Assembly (NCBI GenBank): GCA_964420295.1
Contig: CAYQST010000003.1
Location: 104,759-168,758, forward strand
Length of the DNA stretch: 64,000 bases
Direction of reading: 5' to 3'
Origin: an uncultured Chromatiales bacterium
GTDB lineage: Bacteria > Bacteroidota > Ignavibacteria > SZUA-365 > CAYQST01
The notes beneath the pieces were generated by a model. The model did not search any database. It was not told the DNA's origin and saw only the letters and a program-made list of their open reading frames with translations. Shown here piece by piece: positions 39,346 to 50,064 of the stretch. Both the position numbers and the translations under genes were made by a program. Numbering within the stretch: position 1 is the stretch's first letter; every line of letters begins with the position of its first letter.

Positions 39346-40329
39346 ATGCCCGCCAACATCGCGCATATTCTCATCGCCCATGCCGCCAGTGACGCCCTGC
39401 CCCGCCCCATTCAGGAGTTGATCACCAGCAAGAGCGCCTTTTTCTATCTCGGCTCCCTGGGCCCCGACCTGCCGAGCTACCGCACACGGGAGCTGATAAC
39501 GTCCGCGCTGAACGATTCCCTCCTGCGGCCCTTCGTGGATCAGTCCGATCCCACGGATCAGGATGCGAGCTTCTTCCTGCACTCTGTTCATCCGCATCTG
39601 ATCCCCTACCATCTCGTTGAGACCATCCCTGCCTTTCTTCCGGCGGAGTTGTCCGCGCCGTCGGATCGCGATCTGCTCGATGCCGCACTCGTGTTCGCGC
39701 TTGGGTACATCACGCACATTGCGGCGGATCAGATCATCCACCAGGATGTCCGCAGAATCGTGGGACCATACTACCGCACGCGACGTATCTCCCAGGCGCA
39801 TGCCGAATGCGAAGTGTATCAGGATCTGTTCTTGTTTGCCGAGCTCTTCCCGACCCGCGTCTACGACAAGACCATTCAGCGAAATCTGATCGACATCACA
39901 AAATTCGATTTTGATACGGACACCTTCTGCTCGCTCGTGAGTTTGGCGATGGCCAAAGCCGGGCACAGCAGTGTCCAATGGAAAGATGTCGAAGCCTGGG
40001 TAGAGGGCGTTCTCTTCACCTTCGATGTGATGGATTCCATCGGTCCCTATGCCTCCGCATTTCGCATGCTCTCCCGATCCGAGGAGGACGCGGAGCGTTC
40101 GGATCGGATGCGCCGATACTATCGGGACCCTGCGACGAACTGGGAGTACTTGTCCCGCTATCGTCTGGCCGTGAATACTGCCGTTCGGTATCTGAAGACC
40201 CTGCTCGAGTTGTACGAGAGTCGGGATTTTTCCTGGGAACGATTCTCGGCATATCAAACCGCAGTGCCGCCCTACGATCTCACCTCTCCGGTGTTCCCTC
40301 CATCCATGGCGGGGACAGATCCCGTATAG
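39346..40329 (+). CDS. Zinc-dependent phospholipase C / S1-P1-nuclease-fold family protein
   Basis: 327 aa. N-terminal HxLIAHAA...GSLGPD motif typical of the zinc-dependent PLC superfamily. Assignment is weak. Confidence 0.5.
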   Translation: MPANIAHILIAHAASDALPRPIQELITSKSAFFYLGSLGPDLPSYRTRELITSALNDSLLRPFVDQSDPTDQDASFFLHSVHPHLIPYHLVETIPAFLPAELSAPSDRDLLDAALVFALGYITHIAADQIIHQDVRRIVGPYYRTRRISQAHAECEVYQDLFLFAELFPTRVYDKTIQRNLIDITKFDFDTDTFCSLVSLAMAKAGHSSVQWKDVEAWVEGVLFTFDVMDSIGPYASAFRMLSRSEEDAERSDRMRRYYRDPATNWEYLSRYRLAVNTAVRYLKTLLELYESRDFSWERFSAYQTAVPPYDLTSPVFPPSMAGTDPV

Positions 40330-40855
40330 CGGAATACACCGGACAGTCTTCGTCGTGAGCGCCGGGAAGGAAGCCCGTGCTCATCAGAAACTCCGAAACG
40401 ATCTCCCCTCCGGTGAAGTGGAATGTCGATCGAAACAGTCGTGTCCATTCCTCCCGTGATCTGGGGTGATGCGCGCACAGCCATTGCCGAAAGGATCCAT
40501 GCGTGGTGCGCAGTGATTGCAGGATCCGGGCGTTATAGATCGCGGCCTCGATTTTTCGTCGATTGCGGATGATACCCGGATCATCCAAGAGGCGAAGGCG
40601 ATCCGCTTCCCCAAACGCGGCGATGCGGTCGATGTCGAACTGATGATAGGCGCGCTGAAAGTGCTCCTGCTTCCGAAGAATGGTGGTCCAGCTCAATCCC
40701 GCCTGATTGATCTCGAGAAGGAGCCGTCCGAAAAGCTCCGCGTCGGTATGGAGGGGAAATCCGTAGGCCGTGTCGTGATAGTGCCGATGCAGACGTTCCG
40801 CATCCGGCGGCAACTCTCGAACCCAGCGACAATACGAAGGGACTGGTTCCACCAT
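40280..40855 (-). CDS. tag: DNA-3-methyladenine glycosylase I
   Basis: ~191 aa from MVEPVPSYCRW. Tag motifs (YHDTAYGFP, EINQAGLSW). The track ORF extends to 40981. Confidence 0.8.
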   Translation of the reverse strand: MVEPVPSYCRWVRELPPDAERLHRHYHDTAYGFPLHTDAELFGRLLLEINQAGLSWTTILRKQEHFQRAYHQFDIDRIAAFGEADRLRLLDDPGIIRNRRKIEAAIYNARILQSLRTTHGSFRQWLCAHHPRSREEWTRLFRSTFHFTGGEIVSEFLMSTGFLPGAHDEDCPVYSAIRDLSPPWMEGTPER

Positions 40856-40866
40856 CGATTCCTCTT

Positions 40867-42285
40867 TCACTTTCCGATACAAAAGCGTGCGAATACGTCG
40901 TTCAGGATATCGTCGCTGGTAACCTCTCCGATGATCTCGCCGAGGGCCAGGGCGGCCCGCCGAAGATCCTGCACGATGCACTCCTCACCTCGTTCCTCCG
41001 ACGCCGCAGTGATCGCATCGGCAAGACAGTGGCGGGCGCGGGTCAGGCAATCGGCATGACGGGCATTGGTGATGAGCACGGCATCCCGATCCGGATTCGG
41101 AAGAAGGGAATCGGCGGCTTGCACGAGATGCTGGCGCAGTTGGTCGAGGCCATCGCCTGTCACAACGGAGATGAGCAGTCCCTCTTCAGAGGCCACCCAT
41201 TGCTGCCACTCACGGAGATGCAGAGTCCGGTCGCTCTTCGTGAAGAGGGGCAGGAGAAGTCGGTCCTGCGTGCGATAGGCATCCCAGGGAACGGGATGTG
41301 GAAGCTCCTGTGGTGACAGGGCTGCGGTGTCGGTGAGATGAAGGATGAGATCGGCATCGGAGAGCTGATGCCGGGTACGTTCCATCCCCTCTCTTTCGAT
41401 GGCATCGGATTCTTTTCTCAGGCCCGCGGTATCGACAAGACGAAATTGCCGTCCATCGAGCAACAGAGATTCCTCGAGGTAGTCCCTCGTCGTGCCGGGG
41501 ATGTCGGTGACGATGGCGCGATGGCTTTCGAGCAGGGCATTGAGCAAGCTGCTTTTGCCCGCATTGGGAGCTCCGACGAGAACCACCTTGATGCCGTCCC
41601 GAACCCGTCGTCCTGAGGTCCATGCCGAGAGTGCCTGATCGATCCGTGTGGCCAGGCCATGAAGGAGCGCGGTCACTTCTTGGTTCGAGAGAAAGGTCAC
41701 ATCTTCCTCGACGAAATCCAGCCCTAATTCCAGGAGTCCGGTGACCCGGATCACCTCGTCTCTCAGCATCGCCACATGGGTCGAGAGACGCCCCTGAAGC
41801 TGGCGCATGGAGGCGAGATGAGCGACTTCGCTTTCGGCATGGATCAGATCGGCCACCGCTTCGGCCTGCGTGAGGTCGATACGTCCATGCAAAAAGGCAC
41901 GACGAGTGAATTCACCCGGTTCGGCATGCCGAGCGCCCGCCTCGAGAATGCGATGCAGAACGGCACGTGACACGGCTCCGCCGCCGTGGCAGGAGAGCTC
42001 CACCACATCCTCGCCGGTATAGGAGTGTGGGGCACGAAAGACGGCGCTCACAGCTTCGTCGATCACGGATCCTTCGGCATCCAGAACCACGCCGACATGG
42101 AGGGTTCGAGCAGGAACCTCCCGCAAGGGTCGCGGTGCGCGAAACACGCGATCGGTCAGGGCCAGGGCATCGGGACCGGAAATGCGGATCACCGCCAGTC
42201 CCGCCGTCCCTGCCGGCGTTGCCAGGGCGGCGATGGTGTCGAAGGTCGCAGAGGCGAGGGAGTTCGTATCCTCCATCGGCTTCAA
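40867..42285 (-). CDS. mnmE: tRNA modification GTPase MnmE
   Basis: 472 aa. G-domain GAPNAGKSSLLNALL and the C-terminal CIGK motif. Confidence 0.9.
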   Translation of the reverse strand: MKPMEDTNSLASATFDTIAALATPAGTAGLAVIRISGPDALALTDRVFRAPRPLREVPARTLHVGVVLDAEGSVIDEAVSAVFRAPHSYTGEDVVELSCHGGGAVSRAVLHRILEAGARHAEPGEFTRRAFLHGRIDLTQAEAVADLIHAESEVAHLASMRQLQGRLSTHVAMLRDEVIRVTGLLELGLDFVEEDVTFLSNQEVTALLHGLATRIDQALSAWTSGRRVRDGIKVVLVGAPNAGKSSLLNALLESHRAIVTDIPGTTRDYLEESLLLDGRQFRLVDTAGLRKESDAIEREGMERTRHQLSDADLILHLTDTAALSPQELPHPVPWDAYRTQDRLLLPLFTKSDRTLHLREWQQWVASEEGLLISVVTGDGLDQLRQHLVQAADSLLPNPDRDAVLITNARHADCLTRARHCLADAITAASEERGEECIVQDLRRAALALGEIIGEVTSDDILNDVFARFCIGK

Positions 42286-42575
42286 TGCAGTGTGATGGAT
42301 TGGACGAGGGAGATGCCCAGAGCGGCATTGATCCGGTCACGCAGTTCCTCGACACGAAACCGTAGTTCATGACGCCAGGTCGCTTCCTCGACATGGATGA
42401 TGAGAACGCCATTCCGAAATCGTTCGGGGCGGGCGTGGTTCGCGATCGCGGAACCGACACATTCTTCCCACCGCACAAAAATCTCCTGTTCCTTGATCTT
42501 CCTCTCCATCCCGAATTCCCCGAGGGCGGCGTTCAGGGCGGAGGCGAGTGAGGTGGTGGATGACGAGCGGGGCAT
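42282..42575 (-). CDS. DUF721 (DciA-like) domain protein
   Basis: ~97 aa from MPRSSST. DUF721 pattern (AALGEFGMERKIKEQEIFVRWEECVG). Overlaps the mnmE start by 4 bp. The track ORF extends to 42638. Confidence 0.5.
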   Translation of the reverse strand: MPRSSSTTSLASALNAALGEFGMERKIKEQEIFVRWEECVGSAIANHARPERFRNGVLIIHVEEATWRHELRFRVEELRDRINAALGISLVQSITLH

Positions 42576-42756
42576 CAGGGAATGGGATGTCGTGACGGAG
42601 AAATGTACGGATTTCTGATGAATCCCGAACCCGTCCACTTTCGACTCCAGGACCCGTTCTAACCGAGGGGTTCTCGGAGTTGCATCGGGCGCTGCTCCCC
42701 CCTAGTTTCGAACCGTGTGGAACTTCGTTCCGGCTCCGCTACCCACGAGAGGATAC

Positions 42757-43320
42757 ATGGAATCGATCACAAAAAGCGATACGCCTATCACCGTTGTCAT
42801 TCATCGCATCGTGCGGAAAGGGCATGAAGCGGACTTCGAGCAGTGGATACGAGATGTCGGCAAGGTGGTCCAGGATTTCCCCGGTCTCCTTGGCACCAAC
42901 ATCATCACGCCCTCGGATCCGGCCTCCCGCGAATACATCATCATCTTTCGATTCGACAGCTACGATCATCTCCTCTTCTGGGAACGATCCGCGGAACGAC
43001 GGGCGTGGCTGGCGGTCGCCCAGCCCTGGATCGAAGGGGAGGTCAAGGTGCGCAAGATTTCCGGTCTGGAGTACTGGTTCAGTGTTCCTGAAAAACCCGG
43101 AACTCCTCCTCCTCCGCGGTGGAAAATGGTGGCGATCACGTGGCTGGCCCTTTTTCCCGTGGTCCTCGTGCTTCCTCCCCTTCTCCTGACACTCATCGGG
43201 ACCCTCCCCTACCCCATGCCCCCCTTTTTCGTGACGGGTGCCATGGTCCTGACAATGACCTACCTGGTGATGCCCCTGATGACCCGACTCTTCCGTCGCT
43301 GGCTCTACGGAGCTTCCTGA
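42757..43320 (+). CDS. ABM (antibiotic-biosynthesis-monooxygenase-like) domain protein fused to two C-terminal TM helices
   Basis: ~187 aa from MESITKSD. Ferredoxin-like ABM segment, then WKMVAITWLALFPVVLVL and a second TM helix. Confidence 0.5.
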   Translation: MESITKSDTPITVVIHRIVRKGHEADFEQWIRDVGKVVQDFPGLLGTNIITPSDPASREYIIIFRFDSYDHLLFWERSAERRAWLAVAQPWIEGEVKVRKISGLEYWFSVPEKPGTPPPPRWKMVAITWLALFPVVLVLPPLLLTLIGTLPYPMPPFFVTGAMVLTMTYLVMPLMTRLFRRWLYGAS

Positions 43321-43424
43321 CGCATCGAGCTCGATCCTGTCACGGGAGACTCCCTTCATTTTGATTTGGGCGCCGGTTTGCCCAACTTGAGATTCGTTTT
43401 CTTTCACCAGTTGATCAGTACAGC

Positions 43425-45149
43425 ATGCGGCATTCTCAGTATTTTCTCCCGACCCTCAAGGAAATTCCGTCCGACGCGATCATTCCCAGTCACCAACTGA
43501 TGCTCCGCGCGGGGCTGATTCGCCCTCTCTCCGCAGGGATTTACTCCTTTTTGCCTCTGGGATACGCGGTGATGAAAAAGGTGATGGCCATTATTCGAGA
43601 AGAGATGGATGGCATCGGGGGCATGGAGTTTCACCTTCCCGCCCTCAATCCCATCGAAATCTGGGAGGAGACCGGACGGGTGGAAGCCTTCGGGGACACG
43701 ATGTTTCATCTCAAGAATCGCGACTACGTGCTTGCACCGACGCACGAGGAAATCATCACCTCGATCGCGCACAATCACATCAAGTCGTACAAGGACATGC
43801 CGCAGATCTGGTATCAGATTCAGACGAAGTTTCGCAATGAACCGAGACCGAAGTCCGGCGTGATCCGAGGACGGCAGTTCACGATGAAGGATGCCTATTC
43901 TCTCGACAACTCCTGGGAAGGTCTCGATGCGAGTTATCGGAAGCATCACGATGCCTACTTTCGCATATATCGTCGTTGCGGGCTGCGCTTTTTCGTAGTG
44001 GGCGCCTCCAGCGGCGCGATGGGCGGGAGCGGTTCTCAGGAATTCATGGTGGAGAGTGACGCGGGCGAGGATCTCTGTGCCTTCAATCTCGAGAGCGGGT
44101 ATGCGGCCAATATCGAAGTCGCCACCAGCCGCATGCCGGCGGTGGAGCGGCTCGATCACGCCGACGCGGCCGAGGAATTCGCTACGCCTACCGCGAAGAG
44201 CATCGACGATCTGGTGGAGCAGTTCGGCATTCCCGAACAGCGGTGCGCCAAGGCCCTGGTGTATTTCGCCGATGAATCACCCTGGCTCATTTTCATGTGC
44301 GGCAACGATCAGCTCAACGAAGCAAAGCTTCAGACCGCTTTGGGTGCCACGACGGTGCGGCCCGCGCACGACGAAGAACTCGTCACCCTCACCGGGGCAC
44401 ACGCGGGGTCGATCGGTCCTCTCCATCTGAAGACGGCTCTTCCCTGTATCGCCGACCTGCGTCTCACGCATGCGAACGGCATGGTGAGCGGGGCCAATCG
44501 CGACGGATTTCATTATCGTAACATCGATCTCGACCGCGATGCCACCATTCAGGCGTACCACGATCTGAGAACGGTGAACGAAGGCGAACCGGATCCGATC
44601 GCAGGCAAGCCGCTGAGCGTCAAGAAGGCCATCGAAGTCGGGCACATCTTCAAGCTGGGAACCAAGTACAGTGCCGCGCTTCGCGCCACCTTCCTCAACG
44701 AAAAGGGCGAGGAGCATCCCATCATCATGGGCAGCTATGGCATCGGTCTCGAGCGCATCATCGCCTGTCACATCGAGCAAAATCACGACGCCGATGGCAT
44801 CGTCTGGCATCCCTCGCTCGCCCCCTTCGATTTGCAACTGACCGCGTTGAAAATCGAAAACGCAAGCGTGGCGGACGCGGCCGAGGGACTGTACACCGCT
44901 CTGGGTGCCGCCGGATTCGACGTGCTGTTCGACGATCGTCCCGGTCTGAGTCCCGGCTTCAAGTTCAAGGACGCGGACCTGCTCGGTCTTCCCCTGCACA
45001 TTATTGTGGGAGAGCGAAACCTGGCCGCAGGCAATGTGGAGATCAAGATTCGTCGGAGCGGAGAGCGCAGCATCGTCCCTCTCGCGGAGGTGACTGATTG
45101 GTGTCGCCGCACTCTCGACGCCCTCTGCGAGGCAGAACCAGGCGTCTGA
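43425..45149 (+). CDS. proS: Proline--tRNA ligase
   Basis: 574 aa with class II aaRS motifs and ProRS similarity along the whole length. Confidence 0.9.
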   Translation: MRHSQYFLPTLKEIPSDAIIPSHQLMLRAGLIRPLSAGIYSFLPLGYAVMKKVMAIIREEMDGIGGMEFHLPALNPIEIWEETGRVEAFGDTMFHLKNRDYVLAPTHEEIITSIAHNHIKSYKDMPQIWYQIQTKFRNEPRPKSGVIRGRQFTMKDAYSLDNSWEGLDASYRKHHDAYFRIYRRCGLRFFVVGASSGAMGGSGSQEFMVESDAGEDLCAFNLESGYAANIEVATSRMPAVERLDHADAAEEFATPTAKSIDDLVEQFGIPEQRCAKALVYFADESPWLIFMCGNDQLNEAKLQTALGATTVRPAHDEELVTLTGAHAGSIGPLHLKTALPCIADLRLTHANGMVSGANRDGFHYRNIDLDRDATIQAYHDLRTVNEGEPDPIAGKPLSVKKAIEVGHIFKLGTKYSAALRATFLNEKGEEHPIIMGSYGIGLERIIACHIEQNHDADGIVWHPSLAPFDLQLTALKIENASVADAAEGLYTALGAAGFDVLFDDRPGLSPGFKFKDADLLGLPLHIIVGERNLAAGNVEIKIRRSGERSIVPLAEVTDWCRRTLDALCEAEPGV

Positions 45150-45166
45150 TTCTTCTTCCATCATAC

Positions 45167-45201
45167 AAAAGGCCCGAGTGTCCTGCGACGCTCGGGCCTT
45201 T
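45167..45201. terminator. Bidirectional rho-independent terminator between proS and clpC
   Basis: ggcccgag-N12-ctcgggcc flanked by an A-tract and a T-tract. Confidence 0.7.
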
Positions 45202-45219
45202 GTCGTTGGCGGATGGCGA

Positions 45220-47739
45220 TCAGTTGTTGTGAATCGCCTCCATGGCATCGGCATTGACGAAGATGATGCCGTCCTTGTTCTCATTCATCGTCACCAGCAC
45301 ATGGCTCCCCGATCCGAAGGTACCGCGAAGCAGCTCTTCGGCGAGGGGGTCTTCGATGAGATTCTGCAGCGCGCGACGCAGCGGACGGGCCCCGAAGTTG
45401 GGATCGAAGCCTTTGTCTGCGACGAAGGAGCGGGCATCGTCGGTAAAGGTGAGTGTGATATGGAGGTGCCCGAGGCGAGTCAGGAGTTTGGCCACGGAAA
45501 TGTCGATGATGCGCATGATGTGTTCCTTCGTAAGGGAATGGAACACGATGGCCTCGTCGATGCGATTCAGGAATTCCGGATTGAAGAGGCGCTTCATGGA
45601 ATCCTCGACCGTTTTCTTCATGTCGGAGTAGGCGTTCTCCTCGCGGGGCGCTTCGCCAAATCCGAAGGCCGGACCTTTTTTGATATCACGGGTTCCGACA
45701 TTGCTGGTCATGATCAGGATCGTGTTCTTGAAATCCACGCGACGCCCCAGACCGTCTGTGATGATCCCATCATCGAGGACCTGGAGCAGGATGTTGAACA
45801 CGTCGGGATGTGCCTTTTCGATCTCATCCAGCAACACGACGGAATACGGCTTTCGTCGAATCTTCTCGGTGAGCTGTCCTCCTTCTTCGTAGCCCACGTA
45901 TCCAGGAGGAGCTCCGACAAGGCGGGACACCGAGAACTTTTCCATGTATTCGCTCATGTCGATTCGCACGAGGGCATCCTCTGTGTCGAACAGGTAGCGA
46001 GCGAGCACCTTGGCCATTTCGGTTTTTCCGACGCCCGTGGGTCCGAGAAAGATGAAAGAGCCGATGGGACGAGACGGATCCTTGAGTCCTGCGCGGGTTC
46101 TGCGAATGGCCCTGGCGAGCCGATCGATCGCCTCGTCCTGTCCGATGATTTCCTTCTTGAGTTCCTCCGCCATCGAGAGCAGGCGCACCGATTCGGACTG
46201 CGCGATACGGTTGACCGGAATTCCCGTCATCATCGAGACGACGTCGGACATGATGTCTTCGTTGACCTCGTGAATCTGGTTCATGGATTCCTCTTCCCAG
46301 CGTCGCTTCACTTCGTCGAGTTCGTTGAGGAGACGCTTTTCCCGATCCCGCAGCCTGGCCGCTTCTTCGAAATTCTGGCTACGAACGACTTCGTTCTTCT
46401 GGCCCTTGACCTGCTCGATTTCTTCTTCGATGGTCAGGATTTCTTTCGGAACGACGATGTTCTGCAGATGCACGCGTGCGCCCGCTTCATCCATCACATC
46501 AATGGCCTTGTCCGGCAAATAGCGATCGGTGATATAGCGATCGCTGAGGCGCACGGCCTCCTCGAGGGATTTGTCGGTGAAGTGCACGTTATGGTGCTGT
46601 TCGTATTTGTGCTTGATGTTGTTCAGGATCTGGATGGTTTCGTCCACCGTGGTGGGATCGACGAGAATCTTCTGGAACCGACGATCGAGGGCTCCGTCCT
46701 TTTCGATGTACTGTCGATACTCATCCAGTGTCGTGGCGCCGATGCACTGAATATCGCCGCGGGCCAGAGCGGGTTTGAACATATTCGAGGCATCGAGGGA
46801 ACCGGAGGCCCCACCCGCCCCGACGATGGTGTGCAGTTCGTCGATGAAGAGAATGATATCCTTGGCTTTTTCGAGCTCGTTCATCACCGCTTTCATGCGC
46901 TCTTCGAACTGCCCCCGATACTTGGTGCCCGCCACCAGGGCGGCGAGGTCAAGCGTCACCACGCGCTTGTTGTGAAGGACGCGCGACACTTTTTTCTGAA
47001 CGATTCGAAGGGCCAGTCCCTCGGCGATGGCCGTCTTCCCCACTCCCGGTTCGCCAATCAACACGGGATTGTTCTTTTTGCGACGGGAAAGCACCTGGGC
47101 CACCCGTTCGATTTCCTTATCCCTCCCGATGATGGGATCGAGCTTGTCCTCCTGGGCCAGTTTCGTCAGATCCCTGCCAAAGTTATCCAGCAGCGGCGTG
47201 CGGGTCCGCTCGGGTTTCTCCTTCTTCTCCGGCGTGGATTTGGGTTCCTGTCCCGACCCCGCTTTCGAAGGGAAGAACTCGTCCTCGGCCTGCATAGACG
47301 GGGCGAGTCCATGGATCGATTCGAGTTCGCCACGGACGCCGTCGTACTCGATCGAATAGCGGCCGAGAATCTGGGCGGCGATGTTATCCTCGCCGCGCAG
47401 GAAGCTGAGCAGAATATGTTCGGTTTCGATGGTATCGGAGTGATAATGTTTGGCCTCGACGAAAGAGACCCGAAGGACGGATTCGGCCTGCTTGGTGAGT
47501 GGGATGTTCCCGATCGTCATCGTCGTGGAAGACGAGCGAATACTGTCTTCGATGGTCTTCTTCATTTTATCGAGATCCGCGCCCAGATTGCGCATGATCT
47601 GCACGGCCACTCCCTCCCCTTCACGGATGATCGCCAACAAGAGGTGCTCTGTCCCGATGTAGTCATGTCCCAATCGAATGGCTTCTTCCCGGCTCAGCCG
47701 GATCACTTCTTTTGCCCTATTCGAAAAATTACCTTCCAT
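45220..47739 (-). CDS. clpC: ATP-dependent Clp protease ATP-binding subunit ClpC
   Basis: ~840 aa from [12 protein letters not shown]. Double Clp-N repeat, two AAA+ modules with Walker [17 protein letters not shown], and a UVR-like motif. Confidence 0.9.
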   Translation of the reverse strand: MEGNFSNRAKEVIRLSREEAIRLGHDYIGTEHLLLAIIREGEGVAVQIMRNLGADLDKMKKTIEDSIRSSSTTMTIGNIPLTKQAESVLRVSFVEAKHYHSDTIETEHILLSFLRGEDNIAAQILGRYSIEYDGVRGELESIHGLAPSMQAEDEFFPSKAGSGQEPKSTPEKKEKPERTRTPLLDNFGRDLTKLAQEDKLDPIIGRDKEIERVAQVLSRRKKNNPVLIGEPGVGKTAIAEGLALRIVQKKVSRVLHNKRVVTLDLAALVAGTKYRGQFEERMKAVMNELEKAKDIILFIDELHTIVGAGGASGSLDASNMFKPALARGDIQCIGATTLDEYRQYIEKDGALDRRFQKILVDPTTVDETIQILNNIKHKYEQHHNVHFTDKSLEEAVRLSDRYITDRYLPDKAIDVMDEAGARVHLQNIVVPKEILTIEEEIEQVKGQKNEVVRSQNFEEAARLRDREKRLLNELDEVKRRWEEESMNQIHEVNEDIMSDVVSMMTGIPVNRIAQSESVRLLSMAEELKKEIIGQDEAIDRLARAIRRTRAGLKDPSRPIGSFIFLGPTGVGKTEMAKVLARYLFDTEDALVRIDMSEYMEKFSVSRLVGAPPGYVGYEEGGQLTEKIRRKPYSVVLLDEIEKAHPDVFNILLQVLDDGIITDGLGRRVDFKNTILIMTSNVGTRDIKKGPAFGFGEAPREENAYSDMKKTVEDSMKRLFNPEFLNRIDEAIVFHSLTKEHIMRIIDISVAKLLTRLGHLHITLTFTDDARSFVADKGFDPNFGARPLRRALQNLIEDPLAEELLRGTFGSGSHVLVTMNENKDGIIFVNADAMEAIHNN

Positions 47740-47939
47740 GATGTACGTCCAATCGTTACTGGTATGTCCATTCAACATCGCGGGTCGGAGATTTGTTCTC
47801 TCGATGCCCTGCCAAAATAGGACCGCACGGAGTGAAATCCGAAGCGGGCGCCAGGGAGATCACGAATTACCCTGTACCACACGACCTCTCCGCCAGAGAC
47901 GGAGAGGTCGCAGAGGAGAACGCTGTTCGGTTGTGACGA

Positions 47940-50018
47940 CTACTTCAGGAGGAGCATGGAACGCGTCAGCACGCGATCCCCCGTAGTAAGAGTCATGCGA
48001 TAGGACCCCGAGGGAAGGAGTTCTCCGGCATCATTCCGACCATCCCATACGATCGTATGTGAGCCCGGATCCTGTACCCCCTGCACGAGCACGCGCACCA
48101 ATCGCCCAAGCATATCGTGGATCTCGAGTCGCACCATCGCGGGTGCGGGCAGATCCAGGGTGTAGCGTATGGTGGTGGTTGGATTGAAGGGGTTGGGATA
48201 GTTCTGGTCGAGATGGACCGATGCCGGGGCCATAGGATCGATGTTGTTGGTGGAGCCGGTGGGTTCGAGCACAAGGAATGCAGTATACGGAGTCAGGACA
48301 CTGTACTTGATACTGAGCGCCACCACCTGATCAACCAGCTCCTTTCTTTCTCCGACTTGGGAAATCAGGCGAAGGAGACTGGCGATCTTCTGAGCTCCCC
48401 AGTAACGGGCCACCATCAGATCCGTGGTATTGGTGTCGGAGAACATCACGTCCTGCACCACCGAGAAGGGGCTTCCTTCCACATCGCCGATCAGAGAGAG
48501 GGTATGCATACCGAATTTCTTGAACCGACCCACCGAAATGATCTGATCTCCGGACGACACCACGGGCAGAGGATCAGGATGGACATCGTAGGCGCCCAGT
48601 TGCCCGTACTCCATGGTGACATTGCGAAGCGTCGGCAGGATGAAATGACGATAGAGTTCCTTGAATCGCACGTACATACTGTCCGTGGATTCGATTGCCG
48701 TGAAGAAGCCATTGTTTCGGGTGGCCAGATTCTTCAACAGACTGTAATCCAGTTCTTCGCCCAATCCGACGGTATAGATGGAAACCTGACTCGTATTGAG
48801 GCGGGTGGCCGCATTGATGATGGAATCCGGTTGCGTGACTCCCCAGCTCGGCTGCCCGTCGGTGACAAATAACACAGAGGCTTCAGTTGAGCTGGTCCAG
48901 GTTTGCTTCAGAGCTTTCGTCAGTGCCGCATCGATGTTCGTCAATCCCATCGCCACGATTTTCGACACGAAGTCTCGTGCGGCATTCTTCTCTTCGGGTG
49001 TGGCCGCCACGAGGTCGGAGCGGAAGGAGACTACCCCCGTGCTAAAGGTGATGATGTTAAAATGATCCTTGTCCGTGAGCAGATCGACGAAGGAACGCAG
49101 CGCATCCTTAAGTTGGACGAGGCGATCGCCTTCCATACTCGACGACACATCCGCGACGAACACCATGTCCCGTCCTTTCGTCAGATCACCAGTCAAGGAA
49201 TCCGGAGCGGTGGACCAGAGCACATAGAAGGGATCCTCGGTAGGTGCGGAGGGATCGCGGTAGGTGAGAGCGAGCATGTAGCGATGATCGCGATTCACAG
49301 TGCAGCGGATATGGAAGTCCCTGGAGAAGGACACATTCTCCACTCCGTACACCACGTCCCAGGCATTCGGACTCTTTTGCGTCACCACCACCGAAGCCGG
49401 AAACTGATCCACGCTCGTTTCGAGGGCGGGAAGTGCCAATTGACTCTGGATCGACACTTTCAGGGCCACGCGTTCGATGGGCGCCGAGGTGTAGTCCTTC
49501 ATGTCCAACGGAAAGGTGTACTGCAGACTTTCCGAGAAATAGGCCAAGGGCTGCGAATACACGATCTCGATCCGTCTCACCGAGCGCGCATCGATGGGAA
49601 AGATGCGGAGCTGAAAGCGATTGTCCCCAAACTGTTCGAGCAAGGCGGGATCCTGGATTCCGCGCACGATTTCTTCGTAGCGCTGGACTGCTTCCTGACG
49701 CTTCTTGACGATGTAGGGGACGCGGAGTCCGTTAATCCAGAGATACAGTTCATTGACCTGGGCGCCGGTGGGAAGCTTGAAGACATAGAACCCCTCGAGA
49801 CGCTGGTTCTGATCGTTGGCGAATTCCTGATCCACGTGGGTCACGGCCATCTGATCCTGGATGCGGACCTCGGCAGTGAGGGTTTTAATACGAAGATTGT
49901 AGATGGGACTCGAAGCCCAGTTCGGGATACGGGCATAGACCCGACCGATGGCCATCATGGACGTCGAACACAGCAGAAGAAGCAGGAGCGTGAGAAGAGA
50001 ACGAAGCAGGTATTTCAT
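47940..50018 (-). CDS. VIT + vWA domain secreted protein with T9SS C-terminal sorting domain
   Basis: 692 aa. Signal peptide, VIT-like N-domain, MIDAS motif VFVADVSSSMEG, and CTD (YPNPFNPTTTIRY...MLLLK). Confidence 0.75.
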   Translation of the reverse strand: MKYLLRSLLTLLLLLLCSTSMMAIGRVYARIPNWASSPIYNLRIKTLTAEVRIQDQMAVTHVDQEFANDQNQRLEGFYVFKLPTGAQVNELYLWINGLRVPYIVKKRQEAVQRYEEIVRGIQDPALLEQFGDNRFQLRIFPIDARSVRRIEIVYSQPLAYFSESLQYTFPLDMKDYTSAPIERVALKVSIQSQLALPALETSVDQFPASVVVTQKSPNAWDVVYGVENVSFSRDFHIRCTVNRDHRYMLALTYRDPSAPTEDPFYVLWSTAPDSLTGDLTKGRDMVFVADVSSSMEGDRLVQLKDALRSFVDLLTDKDHFNIITFSTGVVSFRSDLVAATPEEKNAARDFVSKIVAMGLTNIDAALTKALKQTWTSSTEASVLFVTDGQPSWGVTQPDSIINAATRLNTSQVSIYTVGLGEELDYSLLKNLATRNNGFFTAIESTDSMYVRFKELYRHFILPTLRNVTMEYGQLGAYDVHPDPLPVVSSGDQIISVGRFKKFGMHTLSLIGDVEGSPFSVVQDVMFSDTNTTDLMVARYWGAQKIASLLRLISQVGERKELVDQVVALSIKYSVLTPYTAFLVLEPTGSTNNIDPMAPASVHLDQNYPNPFNPTTTIRYTLDLPAPAMVRLEIHDMLGRLVRVLVQGVQDPGSHTIVWDGRNDAGELLPSGSYRMTLTTGDRVLTRSMLLLK

Positions 50019-50064
50019 GGCGATCTCTTGAAATGAACGTTCAGAGGAACACAGGACAGGACCG

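Noticed and set aside
42650-42720. tRNA-like fragment: a 7-bp acceptor-like closure ggagttg...cggctcc with internal GGAAC-TTC-GTTCC hairpin
   Set aside because: It is only ~62 nt and cannot be folded into a full cloverleaf, having no D or anticodon arms. It is probably promoter or leader structure of the ABM gene, or a tRNA remnant at best.
45178-47820. 880-aa plus-strand ORF
   Set aside because: It is exactly antisense to clpC. There is no stop in the reverse frame of a high-GC gene, no motifs, and no RBS. It is a spurious shadow ORF.
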